Source: an uncultured bacterium (lineage in GTDB: Bacteria > Eisenbacteria > RBG-16-71-46). From it: a DNA stretch of 64,000 nucleotides. The stretch's first letter is position 1. Each line of letters starts with the position of its first letter. The notes below the pieces were generated by a model, which was given only the letters and a program-made list of their open reading frames with translations, was not told the DNA's origin and made no database searches. Where the stretch lies: contig CAZSQX010000009.1 of NCBI GenBank assembly GCA_964609125.1, positions 33,887-97,886 on the forward strand, read 5' to 3'. Shown in pieces: positions 42,938 through 52,984 of this stretch. Position numbers and translations under genes: made by a program.

Positions 42938-45625
42938 CTATCGTGGAGCGAGCAGGGCGAGCGGTCCGCACCGCTCGCCGTCCCGGTCCGCCCACAACGC
43001 CGTGCGTTCCACGTCCACGGCGCGGGGTTCGGCCTCGGGCACCAGCAGGCCGAGGAGGTCGTCGGGCCGGGCGGACGCACGCAGGGCGAAGCGCAGGTGC
43101 AGGTCCAGCACGGCCGGGGACTCCTCGGCGCTGGCGGTCAATTCCAGGATCGAAGGCTTGGCGTCGAATTCGCGTGCCTTGTCCTCGCTCCTGCGCCGCA
43201 CGACGATGGCCTCGCGCGCGAGCAGGCGCGCGATCCGGTCGTGAAGCTGCGAGCGCAGCTGGGCGGCCGGGATCCCGGCCTCGGCGAGGTAGCTGGCCGG
43301 GAACCGCACCCGGTAGCTCGCGCCCTCCAGCTGGCTCATGAGCGAGGGAGTCTTGAACAGGATGGGCCGGAAGCGGATCACCCGGAGACCGTCGGGCAGC
43401 ACGGCGTTCAACCTCTCGGCGAGGTCCACGCCCGGCGGCCGGGTCAGCTCCAGGTCGAACACTTCGGCCCGCGAACGAAATCCCAGGGGCAGGGGCGGCC
43501 CGAACGACATCCGGATGTGCGGGTGATGCCCCTGGGTGAAGGCGAGCGGCAGCCCGGAGCGGCGGAGTGCCCGCTCCCAGGTCCGCATGAGGTCCAGGTG
43601 CGAGACGAACCGCAGGCTCGCGGCCTTCTCGAACTCGACCCGGAACCGCGTGCTGGTGGCCACGCCGCCCGCGGTCGCGTGCGTGCCGTTCCGGCCCGTG
43701 GGCGCCCGGTGGGCGCGGGCTCGGCGGCCGTACGCGGGCGCCGGTAGCGTGGCGAGGATCTGATCCAGGTCCAGCTTCGGGTGCGGCCGCCTGACCCACG
43801 GCCGCTGGTTGCAGTCCACGACGCCGCAGGCGAAGCAGACGTCCTCCAGGCGGCAGTCGTCGAGGACGCCCGCCTTCTCGGCGCGGCGCAGGTCGCGGAC
43901 GAGGAACTTCTTCGTGACCGGCGACTGCACCACGTCCCACGGCTGCTCCTGCTCGGGGTCGCGCTCCTTCAGGTAGCGCTCGGGGTCGACGCCCGCCTCG
44001 GCGAACACGTCGAGCCAGGTGGCGAAGCGCAGGTGCTCGCTCCATGCGTCGAACCGGCAGCCGCGCCGGTACGCCGCCTCGATCACCGAGCCCAGCCGGC
44101 GGTCGCCGCGCGTGAACACGCCCTCGAGCAGGCTCGTCTCGGCGTCACGGTACTTCAGCGTGATGGGCCGGCCCCTGACCGCCTCGCGCAGCACGCCGAG
44201 CCGGCGGTTCAGCTCCGGCGTGTCCACCTGCGCCGCCCACGCGAACGGCGTGTGCGGCTTGGGCACGTGCGGCGAGACGCTCACGTTGATCCGGAACGAG
44301 CGGTTGCCCGCCTCGCGCGCCGCGTTCCACGCCTTGTGCCCCAGGTCGAGGATCGCGCGCAGGTCGTCGTCGGTCTCGGTCGGGAGCCCGCACATGAAGT
44401 AGAGCTTGGCGCCGGTGTAGCCCTCGCGCGCCGCGGTCGCGACCGACGCGAGCAGCTCCGCCTCGGTGTGGTTCTTGTTGATGACGTCCCGCATCCGCTG
44501 GCTGCCCGCCTCGGGCGCGAGCGTGATGCTGCCCTTCTTCTGGGCGGCGATGCGCCGGGCCACGTCCGCGGGCACGTTGTCCGGGCGCGTGGACGGCAGC
44601 GACAGCTGGACCCGCGTCGGGCACAGGAGGTCGGCGAGCGCGTTCACCTGCTCCACGATCTGGGTGTGGTCGGTGGTCGAGAGCGAGATGAGCGAGACCT
44701 CCTCGAGCCCCGTGCCCTGGAGCCCGCGCAGCACCTCGCCCACCACCTGGTTCGCCGGCTTCTCGCGCACCGGCCGGTTGATCATGCCCGCCTGGCAGAA
44801 GCGGCAGCCGCGCGTGCAGCCCCGCATCACCTCCACCGACAGCCGGTCGTGCGTGATCTCCCCCACCGGGACGAGCGGCATGGCCGGGTAGTACTCGGCC
44901 TTCAGCTCCTTCACGTACGCCGACCACACGCGCGCCGGCCAGCCCGGCCGCGCGCGCGGCACCTGCCACCCCTCCGGCGTCGTCACCACGTCGTATCCCG
45001 ACGGCACGTACGTCCCCGGCACGTGCGCGAGCCGCCGCAGCAGCGCGGGGCGCGTCCAGCCCTCGTGCTTCGCCCGCTTCACCAGGTCCACCACGCGGTG
45101 GATGACCTCCTCGCCGTCGCCGATCACGAACGCGTCCACGAACTCGGCCATGGGCTCCGGGCTGAACGCCTGCGCGCCGCCGGCGATCACCAGTGGGTGG
45201 CACGCGTCGCGCTCGATGCTCCGGAGCGGCAGGCCGGCCAGCTCGAGCATCATGAGCACGTTCGTGTACTGGAGCTCGTACTGGAGCGAGAAGCCGAGCA
45301 CGTCGAAGCGCGAGGCGGGCTCGTGCGAGTCGTTGGAGAAGAGCGGGATGCCGAGCCGGCGCATCTCGGCCTCGGCGTCGGGCCACGGGGCGAACGCCAG
45401 CTCGCAGGCGACGTCCGGGCGCGCGTTCAGCACGTGGTGGAGGATGCGGATGCCGAGGTTCGAGAGCCCGATCTCGTAGGCGTCCGGGAACGCGATCAGC
45501 ACGCGCACGTCGGCCGACTCCAGGCGCTTGGGCGGCTCGCCCAGCGCGTGCCCGAGGTAGCGGTTCGGCTTGGAGACGCGCGGGAGCAACTGGTGGGCGA
45601 TCAGTTCCTGGACCGGCACCATCAT
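42938..45625 (-). CDS. fused TIGR03960-type B12-binding radical-SAM protein + TIGR03936 (DUF2344) domain
   Basis: 895 aa single ORF: N-terminal cobalamin-binding-like and radical-SAM core VEVMRGCTRGCRFCQAG (CxxxCxxC). C-terminal ~250 aa FVSHLDLMRTWERALRRSGLPLAFTQGHHPHIRMSFGPPLPLG is the DUF2344 signature. These two are usually separate neighbouring genes next to rng. Confidence 0.8.
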   Translation of the reverse strand: MMVPVQELIAHQLLPRVSKPNRYLGHALGEPPKRLESADVRVLIAFPDAYEIGLSNLGIRILHHVLNARPDVACELAFAPWPDAEAEMRRLGIPLFSNDSHEPASRFDVLGFSLQYELQYTNVLMMLELAGLPLRSIERDACHPLVIAGGAQAFSPEPMAEFVDAFVIGDGEEVIHRVVDLVKRAKHEGWTRPALLRRLAHVPGTYVPSGYDVVTTPEGWQVPRARPGWPARVWSAYVKELKAEYYPAMPLVPVGEITHDRLSVEVMRGCTRGCRFCQAGMINRPVREKPANQVVGEVLRGLQGTGLEEVSLISLSTTDHTQIVEQVNALADLLCPTRVQLSLPSTRPDNVPADVARRIAAQKKGSITLAPEAGSQRMRDVINKNHTEAELLASVATAAREGYTGAKLYFMCGLPTETDDDLRAILDLGHKAWNAAREAGNRSFRINVSVSPHVPKPHTPFAWAAQVDTPELNRRLGVLREAVRGRPITLKYRDAETSLLEGVFTRGDRRLGSVIEAAYRRGCRFDAWSEHLRFATWLDVFAEAGVDPERYLKERDPEQEQPWDVVQSPVTKKFLVRDLRRAEKAGVLDDCRLEDVCFACGVVDCNQRPWVRRPHPKLDLDQILATLPAPAYGRRARAHRAPTGRNGTHATAGGVATSTRFRVEFEKAASLRFVSHLDLMRTWERALRRSGLPLAFTQGHHPHIRMSFGPPLPLGFRSRAEVFDLELTRPPGVDLAERLNAVLPDGLRVIRFRPILFKTPSLMSQLEGASYRVRFPASYLAEAGIPAAQLRSQLHDRIARLLAREAIVVRRRSEDKAREFDAKPSILELTASAEESPAVLDLHLRFALRASARPDDLLGLLVPEAEPRAVDVERTALWADRDGERCGPLALLAPR

Positions 45626-45932
45626 GGCGAGGCGAGGCTCTCCGGGGCAGCGGGACCGCGGGGGAGTCGAACCCCCGCGAGGGCCGGCGGCGTCGGAGAC
45701 GCCCGGGGGATGCGCCGTTCCCGGGGCGCCTCCTCCTGCCGGATGACGCGCGGAAGCTAGCACGCGGGCGGTCCCGCGCGCCAGCATGGCCGGCGCTGCA
45801 ACCCGTTGCGGGAGTGATGCTCACGCGCGTCGCGCCCGGCGGGCGCGCCGCCCCGCGGCGGCGGGACGAAGCCCCGCGAGTCTGCTAGTTTGCGGGTGAT
45901 CCTGTCCGGCCCGCCTGGAGAGCGACTCCCCC

Positions 45933-46625
45933 ATGAAGGTCTCCGACCGCACCTACTTCGTGCTCCGCCGGCTGCACTCGCTCTCCGGCGTGGTCCCGGT
46001 CGGCGTCTTCCTCGTCGAGCACCTGTTCACGAACGCGCGCTCGCTCCAGGGGCCGGCGGCGTTCGACCAGGCCGCCGCCGAGCTGGCGCGCATCCCGTTC
46101 GTGGTCCTGATCGAGGCGTTCGGGATCTGGCTCCCGATCCTGTTCCATCTCGTGCTCGGCATCTTCATCGCCAGCACCTCGAAGGCCAACCTCTCCCGCC
46201 ACGGGAACGAGCGGAACTGGCACTACGTGCTCCAGCGCGCGAGCGGCATCCTGCTCGTGTTCTTCATCCTGTTCCACACCTGGTCCACGCGCTTCGATCA
46301 GGGCTACCTGGAATCGGCGAGCGCGTACGACTTCGTGTACCGCCACCTCGAGAACCCCGCCGTGCTCGCGTTCTACGCGCTCGGGATCCTCGCCGCGAGC
46401 TACCACCTGGGGAACGGGCTCTACGGCTTCGCCGTCCACTGGGGGCTCGTCACCGGACACGGCGCACAGCGGCTGGCGGGGCGCGTCGGGCTCGCGGTGG
46501 GAGTGGCGCTCGCCGCGCTCGGGCTCGCGTCGCTGCTCGGCTTCCGCGGCCTGCGGCTCGATTTCCTGCAGAAGCCGCACGCGCAGGAACACGGCGCCGT
46601 CGTCCTGCAGGGGGGGCGGCGCTGA
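45933..46625 (+). CDS. sdhC: succinate dehydrogenase/fumarate reductase cytochrome b subunit (single 5-TM anchor, type B)
   Basis: 230 aa polytopic with His ligands (LVEHLF..., FHLVLG..., ILFHTWST..., YHLGNGL). Directly precedes sdhA with an ATGA overlap. Confidence 0.8.
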   Translation: MKVSDRTYFVLRRLHSLSGVVPVGVFLVEHLFTNARSLQGPAAFDQAAAELARIPFVVLIEAFGIWLPILFHLVLGIFIASTSKANLSRHGNERNWHYVLQRASGILLVFFILFHTWSTRFDQGYLESASAYDFVYRHLENPAVLAFYALGILAASYHLGNGLYGFAVHWGLVTGHGAQRLAGRVGLAVGVALAALGLASLLGFRGLRLDFLQKPHAQEHGAVVLQGGRR

Positions 46626-48436
46626 TGGCCGCCCCGCGCGTGGCGGTCGTGGGCGGCGGGCTCGCCGGGCTCATGACCACGATCAAGCTCGCCGAGGCGG
46701 GCGTGGCCGTGGACCTGTTCTCGATCGTGCCGGTCAAGCGCTCGCACTCGGTGTGCGCGCAGGGCGGCATCAACGGCGCCGTGAACGTGAAGGGCGAGAA
46801 CGACTCGCCCGAGATCCACTTCACCGACACCTGCCGCGGCGGCGACTTCCTCGCCCACCAGCCGCCCGTGAAGGGCATGTGCTACGCCGCGCCCGGCATC
46901 ATCTACCTGTTCGACCGGATGGGCGTGACGTTCAACCGCACGCCCGAGGGGCTGCTCGACTTCCGCCGCTTCGGCGGCACGCTCCACCACCGCACCGCGT
47001 TCGCCGGCGCCACCACCGGCCAGCAGCTCCTCTACGCGCTCGACGAGCAGGTGCGCCGCCACGAGGCCGGCGGGCTCGTGAAGAAGTACGAGGGCTGGGA
47101 GTTCGTCGGGCTCGTTCGCGACGACTCCGGCACGTGCGTCGGGCTCACCGCGCTCGACCTGCGCGGCATGAAGCCGCGCGCGTTCGCCGCCGACGCGGTC
47201 GTGCTCGCCACCGGCGGGCCGGGGCTCATGTTCGGCCGCAGCACGAACTCGCTCATCAACTCCGGCTCCGCGGCGGCCGCCGCGTACCTGGACGGCGCCG
47301 ACTACGGGAACGGCGAGTTCATCCAGGTCCACCCCACCGCGATCCCCGGCATGGACAAGCTGCGGCTCATGAGCGAATCGGCGCGCGGCGAGGGCGGGCG
47401 CGTGTGGGTGCCGCGGCGGAAGGGCGACGCGCGCAAGCCGCGCGAGATCCCCGAGGCCGAGCGCTGGTACTTCCTCGAGGAGAAGTACCCCAAGTACAAG
47501 AACCTCGTGCCGCGCGACGTGGCGAGCCGCGAGATCCACCAGGTGTGCGTGGAGATGGGGCTCGGCGTGGGCGGCGAGATGGTCGTGTACCTGGACCTCA
47601 CGCACGTGCCGCGCGCCACGCTCATGAAAAAGCTCGAGGGCATCCTCGAGATTTACGAGAAGTTCACGGGCGAGGACCCGTGCGAGGTGCCGATGCGCAT
47701 CTTCCCCGCCGTCCACTATTCCATGGGCGGCCTGTGGGTGGACTACGCGCGCACGAGCGACGGGTTCCTGGACCTGGCGAGCCCGAGGAACCAGGCCACG
47801 AGCGTGCCCGGGCTGTACGCGGTGGGCGAGTGCGACTACCAGTACCACGGCGCCAACCGGCTGGGCGCGAACTCGCTCCTGTCCTGCGTCTACGCCGGGC
47901 AGGTCGCGGGGCCCGCGGTGCTCGCCTACCTCGCGGCTCGGAAGGACGCGGGCGAGCGGGACTCCCCGGCGCTCGCCGCGTCGGAGAGGCGCTGGAGCGG
48001 GCGTTTCACGGAGCTGGCCACGCGCGAGGGGCCCGAGAACCCGTACCGGCTCGCGGACGAGATGGGCCGCTGGATGCTCGAGAACGTCACCATCGTCCGC
48101 CACAACGCGAAGCTCCGCGAGACGGACGACAAGCTGCAGGAGCTGATCGAGCGCTGGGGTCGAGCCAGCGTGCTGGACCACGGCACGTGGGCCAACGCGC
48201 CGCTCTCGTTCCTGAACCAGCTCTGGAACATGCTGCACCTGGCGCGCGTCGTGACGCTGGGCGCGCTCGCGCGCGACGAGAGCCGCGGCGCGCACTACAA
48301 GCCCGAGTTCCCGCGTCGGGACGACGCGAACTGGCTGAAGACCACGGTGGCGAGCCACGCCGAGGCGGGCCCGCGGTTCCGCTACGACCCCGTGGACGTG
48401 TCGCTCTGCAAGCCCGTGGAACGGAGGTACGACTGA
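46625..48436 (+). CDS. sdhA: succinate dehydrogenase flavoprotein subunit
   Basis: MAAPRVAVVGGGLAGL...RSHSVCAQGGINGA (FAD His attachment region)...HYSMGG... Confidence 0.95.
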   Translation: MAAPRVAVVGGGLAGLMTTIKLAEAGVAVDLFSIVPVKRSHSVCAQGGINGAVNVKGENDSPEIHFTDTCRGGDFLAHQPPVKGMCYAAPGIIYLFDRMGVTFNRTPEGLLDFRRFGGTLHHRTAFAGATTGQQLLYALDEQVRRHEAGGLVKKYEGWEFVGLVRDDSGTCVGLTALDLRGMKPRAFAADAVVLATGGPGLMFGRSTNSLINSGSAAAAAYLDGADYGNGEFIQVHPTAIPGMDKLRLMSESARGEGGRVWVPRRKGDARKPREIPEAERWYFLEEKYPKYKNLVPRDVASREIHQVCVEMGLGVGGEMVVYLDLTHVPRATLMKKLEGILEIYEKFTGEDPCEVPMRIFPAVHYSMGGLWVDYARTSDGFLDLASPRNQATSVPGLYAVGECDYQYHGANRLGANSLLSCVYAGQVAGPAVLAYLAARKDAGERDSPALAASERRWSGRFTELATREGPENPYRLADEMGRWMLENVTIVRHNAKLRETDDKLQELIERWGRASVLDHGTWANAPLSFLNQLWNMLHLARVVTLGALARDESRGAHYKPEFPRRDDANWLKTTVASHAEAGPRFRYDPVDVSLCKPVERRYD

Positions 48437-48461
48437 TGGCGAGCGAGGGGGGCGCCGGGCG

Positions 48462-49211
48462 ATGAGCCGGACCATCGAGCTGCGGATCCGGCGGCAGGAC
48501 TCGCCCACGGCTCGGTCGCGCTGGGAGGAATTCACGCTCCCCTGGCAGGCCAACATGAACGTGGTCTCGTGCCTGATGGAGATCCGCAAGCACCCGGTCA
48601 CGCGACAGGGCCAGCCCACGACGCCCGTCCACTGGGAGGCGTCGTGCCTCGAGGAGGTCTGCGGCTCGTGCACGATGCTCGTGAACGGGAAGCCGCGGCA
48701 GTCGTGCACCGTGCTCGTGGACTCGCTCGGGCCCGGGCCGGTGACGCTCGAGCCGCTCACCAAGTTCCCCGTCGTGCGCGACCTCCAGGTGGACCGCTCG
48801 CCCATGTTCGACGCCCTGAAGCGCGTGAAGGCGTGGATCCCCATCGACGGCTCGTACGATCTGGGCCCGGGGCCGCGCCTCTCGCCCACGGAGCAGGAGA
48901 TCGCCTACGCGTTCTCGCGCTGCATGACTTGCGGCTGCTGCATGGAGGCGTGCCCGCAGTACAACGAGAAGTCCGACTTCATCGGGCCGGCGCCGATCGC
49001 CCAGGTGCGCCTGTTCAACAGCCACCCCACCGGGCGCATGAACGCGCACGAGCGGCTGGACGCCATCATGGGCCGCGGCGGTCTCGTGGACTGCGGGAAC
49101 GCCCAGGCCTGCGTCGAGGCCTGTCCGAAGGACATCCCGCTCACCGAGGCGTTCGGCGAGCTGGGCCGGCAGACCACGCTGCTGTGGCTCAAGCGGCTGT
49201 TCGGGAAGTGA
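48462..49211 (+). CDS. sdhB: succinate dehydrogenase iron-sulfur subunit
   Basis: CLEEVCGSCTMLVNG (2Fe-2S), CMTCGCCMEACP and CGNAQACVEACP (4Fe-4S/3Fe-4S) cysteine clusters. Confidence 0.95.
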   Translation: MSRTIELRIRRQDSPTARSRWEEFTLPWQANMNVVSCLMEIRKHPVTRQGQPTTPVHWEASCLEEVCGSCTMLVNGKPRQSCTVLVDSLGPGPVTLEPLTKFPVVRDLQVDRSPMFDALKRVKAWIPIDGSYDLGPGPRLSPTEQEIAYAFSRCMTCGCCMEACPQYNEKSDFIGPAPIAQVRLFNSHPTGRMNAHERLDAIMGRGGLVDCGNAQACVEACPKDIPLTEAFGELGRQTTLLWLKRLFGK

Positions 49212-49284
49212 GCCGCCCGCCGCGGCGCCCGCGGTCGCGCGCGGCGGCGCGGCGCCCCGGCCCCGGCCGCCGGGCGGCGCACCC

Positions 49285-50199
49285 GTGAGCCCGGGTTTCG
49301 CGGACGACCGCACGCACGGCTCGAGCGCCGTGAGCGGCTCGTTCCTGGACGAGCTCGAGCGCTGGGCGCTCACGGACCGGAGCCCGGACGCCGCCGCGCT
49401 CCGCGCCGCGCTGCTCGAATGGCTGCGCGCCGCGCAGGCGGCGCAGCCGAGCCTCGCGCTCGTCCACCAGTTCGCCGCGCGCGCGCTCGCCGTGGCCGAC
49501 ACCGGCGTCGCGCGCGGGGACGGCGTCGCCGAGCTCCGGCGCCACCTGATCGCGAGCTGCGAGGCCGAGCGCGAGGACCTGGCGCGCGCCGTGACCGAGG
49601 CCGCCAGGATCGCCGCCCAGCTCGTCACCGCGCGCGAGCCGCTGGTCGCCACGCTGTCCGCGAGCGACGGCGTGCTGGCCGCGCTCCGCGAGCTGGCCTC
49701 GGGCGGCCGCAAGGTGCGCGTGCTCGTGGCCGAGAGCCGGCCGCGGCTCGAGGGCCGCGACGCGGCGCGCGCGCTCGCCGGGGCCGGCATCGAGACCTGG
49801 CTCGTGGCCGACGCCGCGCTCCCGCTGCTCGTCTCCCAGGCGCATGCCGTGTGGCTCGGCGCCGACGCCGTGACCGAGGCCGGCGTGCTCAACAAGATCG
49901 GCTCCTACACCGTGGCGCTCGCCGCGCGCGAGCACGGCGTGCCCGTGTGGGCGATCGCCGCGCGGCGGAAGCTCCTGCCGGCGGCCACGCCCGCGCTCGC
50001 CATCCGCGAGATGCCCGGCGCGGAGCTGTGGGAGTCGCCGCCGCCCGGCGTCCGCCCGCGCAACGTGTACTTCGAGCTGGTACCCGCCGCGCTCCTGCGT
50101 GGCGTCGTGGTGGAGGACGGCGTGCTGGGTGCGACCGAATGCGCCGTGGCCGCCCGCGACCGCGCGCTCCCCGCCGCGCTCGCCGCCGCCACCGGGTGA
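49285..50199 (+). CDS. eIF-2B alpha/beta/delta-like family protein (MtnA/ribose-1,5-bisphosphate isomerase-like)
   Basis: 304 aa: ...RVLVAESRPRLEGRDAARALAGAGIETWLVADAA...VLNKIGSYTVALAAREHGVPVWAIA matches the IF-2B family. Shorter than canonical MtnA, so function is uncertain. Confidence 0.6.
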   Translation: MSPGFADDRTHGSSAVSGSFLDELERWALTDRSPDAAALRAALLEWLRAAQAAQPSLALVHQFAARALAVADTGVARGDGVAELRRHLIASCEAEREDLARAVTEAARIAAQLVTAREPLVATLSASDGVLAALRELASGGRKVRVLVAESRPRLEGRDAARALAGAGIETWLVADAALPLLVSQAHAVWLGADAVTEAGVLNKIGSYTVALAAREHGVPVWAIAARRKLLPAATPALAIREMPGAELWESPPPGVRPRNVYFELVPAALLRGVVVEDGVLGATECAVAARDRALPAALAAATG

Positions 50200-50708
50200 G
50201 CACGGTGGAGTACGCGGTCGAGCCCATGCGCGAGGCCGACGCCGAGGCCGTGCTCCGGATCTACGCCGAGGGCATCGCCACCGGCCAGGCCACGTTCCGG
50301 AGCGGGGCGCCGGCGTGGCCCGAGTGGCACGCGGGACACCTCCCGCATCCCCGCCTCGTGGCTCGTGCGAGGGACGGGCGAGTGCTCGGCTGGTGCGCGC
50401 TCTCCCCCACCTCGCGGCGCGAGGTCTACGCCGGCGTGGTCGAGGAAAGCGTGTACGTGGCCGCCGACGCCCGCGGCCGCGGCGTGGGCCGCGCGCTGCT
50501 CGAGGCCATGGTGCGCGAGTCCGAGGCCGCGGGCATCTGGACCCTGCAGGCCGGCATCTTCCCCGAGAACGAGGCCAGCATCGCCGTGCACGAGGCGTGC
50601 GGCTTCCGCGCCGTGGGCCTGCGCGAACGGATCGGCCGCCACGACGGCCGCTGGCGCGACGTCCTGCTCATGGAGCGGCGGAGCAGGGTGGCGGGGCGCG
50701 ACGAGTGA
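50196..50708 (+). CDS. GNAT family N-acetyltransferase (phosphinothricin/PAT-like)
   Basis: VEYAVEPMREADAEAVLRIYAEGIATGQATF...YVAADARGRGVGRALLEAMVRESEAAGIWTLQAGIFPENEASIAVHEACGFRAVG. The start is ambiguous (GTG at 50196 or 50205, or ATG at 50226). Confidence 0.8.
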   Translation: MSTVEYAVEPMREADAEAVLRIYAEGIATGQATFRSGAPAWPEWHAGHLPHPRLVARARDGRVLGWCALSPTSRREVYAGVVEESVYVAADARGRGVGRALLEAMVRESEAAGIWTLQAGIFPENEASIAVHEACGFRAVGLRERIGRHDGRWRDVLLMERRSRVAGRDE

Positions 50709-50873
50709 GCCTTCGCACCAGCCGCGCGAGCCCGAGCGCCGCGAGCAGCAGCCCGCCGAGCCGCCGGCGGTGAGCAGCGCGTGCCCGGCGAAGCCCGCGT
50801 CGCGCCAGGCGCCGTTCGCCGCGGACACGGTCCGCTCCTTCGACGCCGATGTCCGCCCTGCGCCGACCCCGCG

Positions 50874-52789
50874 CTACCGCCGGTCGAACTCGGCCCGCGC
50901 GACGGCCTCCCCGCCGGTGGTGAGGTCGCGGACCAGGACCTCCACGCGGTAGCGCCCGGGCGGGAGCCCCTGGACCGGGACGCTGAAGTACTGGCGCCGA
51001 GGGTTCCCGCGCGTGGTCTCGCGTCGCGTCACCTCGATCGGCGCCGGCAGCGGTCGCGGCTGGAGGAACCTGCCGAACCAGGAGCGCCGGTCGTGCCCAC
51101 CGGGCGTCACCTTGCAGACATACTCGAAGTTCGCGTTCCCGTCGGCGCCGGGCGCGAGGTGGTAGATCTCACAGTAGGCGTGGAGCTGATCGCCGCCGAG
51201 CGGGAGCAGGCCGGTGGCGGGCTCCAGCCGAAGCCCGCCCCCCGGCTGGACGGTCACCTCCGGCTCGCCGCACACGACGACCAGGTCGCTGAGGGCGAGC
51301 CCTCTCCGCCGCTCCGGGACGAGCACGTCTCGCGTGAGCACCGAGCGGCGGTCGGCGCCGTCGTCCATGCGCACCGCCACCCGGTACCGGCCCGGCGGCA
51401 GCTCCGCCGTGAAGCTCGCCGCGCGAGCCGCCGCGGCGTCGCAGGCGGACGGGCCCAGCTCGGCCTCGCCCCGGGCCACCACCTGCGACGCCGTGTCGAG
51501 CACGGCCCAGTCGGCCCGGAGCCGCGCGCCCGGCGCGGCGGCGCCCTCGACGTGCGCGAGCAGCTGACGCGAGCCCCCGCCCTCGAACTGCGCCAGCGCG
51601 AAGCCCGTCTCCAGCGGCTCGCTCGCCGGCGGGATCGTACGGAACACGGCCCAGCCGCCCTGCACGCCCATCAGCTCGGGCCGGCGCGCCAGCGACTCGG
51701 GGAACGCGTACACGTGCGTGCCGTAGCGGGCCCGGTAGTGCCCCTGCGGGTGGGCGGCGTTCAACCACGCCCGCATCCCCAGCTCGGGGTACGTCCAGCA
51801 GAGCCACGTGCCGAACGTGGAGGAGAGCGGGTTCAGCAGCGAGTTCCGCTCCACGAACCGCGGCGCTCCGAAGCGCACGTAGAGCGCGCCGCGTGCGTCC
51901 AGCTCGCCGAGGTCGTCCACGCCGTAGAGGAGCAGCGCGTGCGTGAGCCGGGCCCAGAACTCGAGCTGCGCCTCGTTCTCGGCCGACACCGGGTCGGGGT
52001 CCGCCGCCTTCCAGAACCGGAGGTCGCGGGCCGCACGCTTCGAGGGGTCGAGCGCCCGGTAGGCCTGGGCCGCCCCGTAGGTGAGGAGCGGCGAGAGGTC
52101 CTCGTAGCGCGCGCGCAACTCGGCCGGGAGCGCAGGAATCGCCCTGGCGAACGTGCGGTCGGCGAGCCGGGACTCACCCGCGTACTGCGACGCGTAGCCG
52201 AGCAGCAGCCATGCCTCGGGCCGGTTCGCCGCCGCGCGCGCGGCCAGCTCGGCCACCGCGAGCGCGTCGCGCGGCTCGCGCGCGTCCTCGAGCAGCGGCA
52301 CCAGCGACTGGCCGTGCGCGAAGTCGTGGGGCGCGAGCTTGAGCCCGCGCGCGAGACAGGCGATGGCGTGGTCGCGCGCCTCCTCTTCGGCCGTGGCCAG
52401 CCAGTCGCGGCGCCAGCTCTCGCCGAGCAGGAAGTGCCCGGCCGCCAGGTCCGGCTCGCGCAGCACCTCGGCCTCGGCGAGCGCCCGCGCCTGCCGGTAC
52501 ATGCCGCCCTCGGCGTAAAGCCGGCCCAGCGCGAGCGCGATGTCGGGGACCCGGGCTGGAGCCGCGCCGCGGCTTCGAGCTGCCGGCGCGCGAACTGCCG
52601 CTGCTCGGGCGTGCCCCTGGCGAGCCGGCGGAGCGCGTCGCGGTGGAGGCGCTGGGCCTCGGCGGCCGCGTCCGAGGGCGCGGCGCTCGAAGGCCCGGCG
52701 CCGAGCGCACCCGCGAGCAGCGCCGACAGCAGCACGGCGCAGGCGCCTCCGGGGAGAGCTGCGATCGTCCGCGTTCCCGAACCGAGCAT
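50874..52789 (-). pseudogene. exported TPR-repeat protein interrupted by a 1-nt frameshift in a C-run (pseudogene or homopolymer sequencing error)
   Basis: Signal peptide plus TPR-like helices from the ATG at 52789 (MLGSGTRTIAALPGGACAVLLSALLAGALGAGP...QRQFARRQLEAAARLQPGSP) stop making sense after ggg-tcc-cc|g-aca. The adjacent frame continues seamlessly as ...DIALALGRLYAEGGMYRQARALAEAEVLREPDLAAGHFLLGE... (track ORF 50874..52502). Inserting one C at about 52534-52537 restores a single ~638-aa ORF. Confidence 0.55.
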
Positions 52790-52984
52790 GCGATCGGACC
52801 CCTCATGGCCGCCCGTCGCGGAAGGTGCGAGTGCTCGCGGGAAAGCCTACCACGGAACCGGGCCGGCGCGACCTGTCCTTCGAACGCGCCTCGAACGCTC
52901 GGCTCGACCGCACCCCGCCGCGGGCCGACGTGCCGGACCGCCGGGGGAGCACACGGCTCCCCCGGTCCGCCGGTGGATGTCGTC

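Noticed and set aside
45626-45790. Possible tRNA gene on the minus strand: perfect T-arm GGGGG-TTCGACT-CCCCC with a 10-bp acceptor-like pairing 108 nt apart
   Set aside because: The paired arms span 128 nt, too long for a tRNA or tRNA-Sec. No D-arm or anticodon-arm geometry is found. It lies in the 5' leader of the radical-SAM gene. Reported instead as a structured leader.
45780-45932. Sigma-54 promoter (TGGCCGGCGCTGCAA) upstream of sdhC
   Set aside because: The GG to GC spacing is 9 nt rather than the 11 nt needed for a -24/-12 element.
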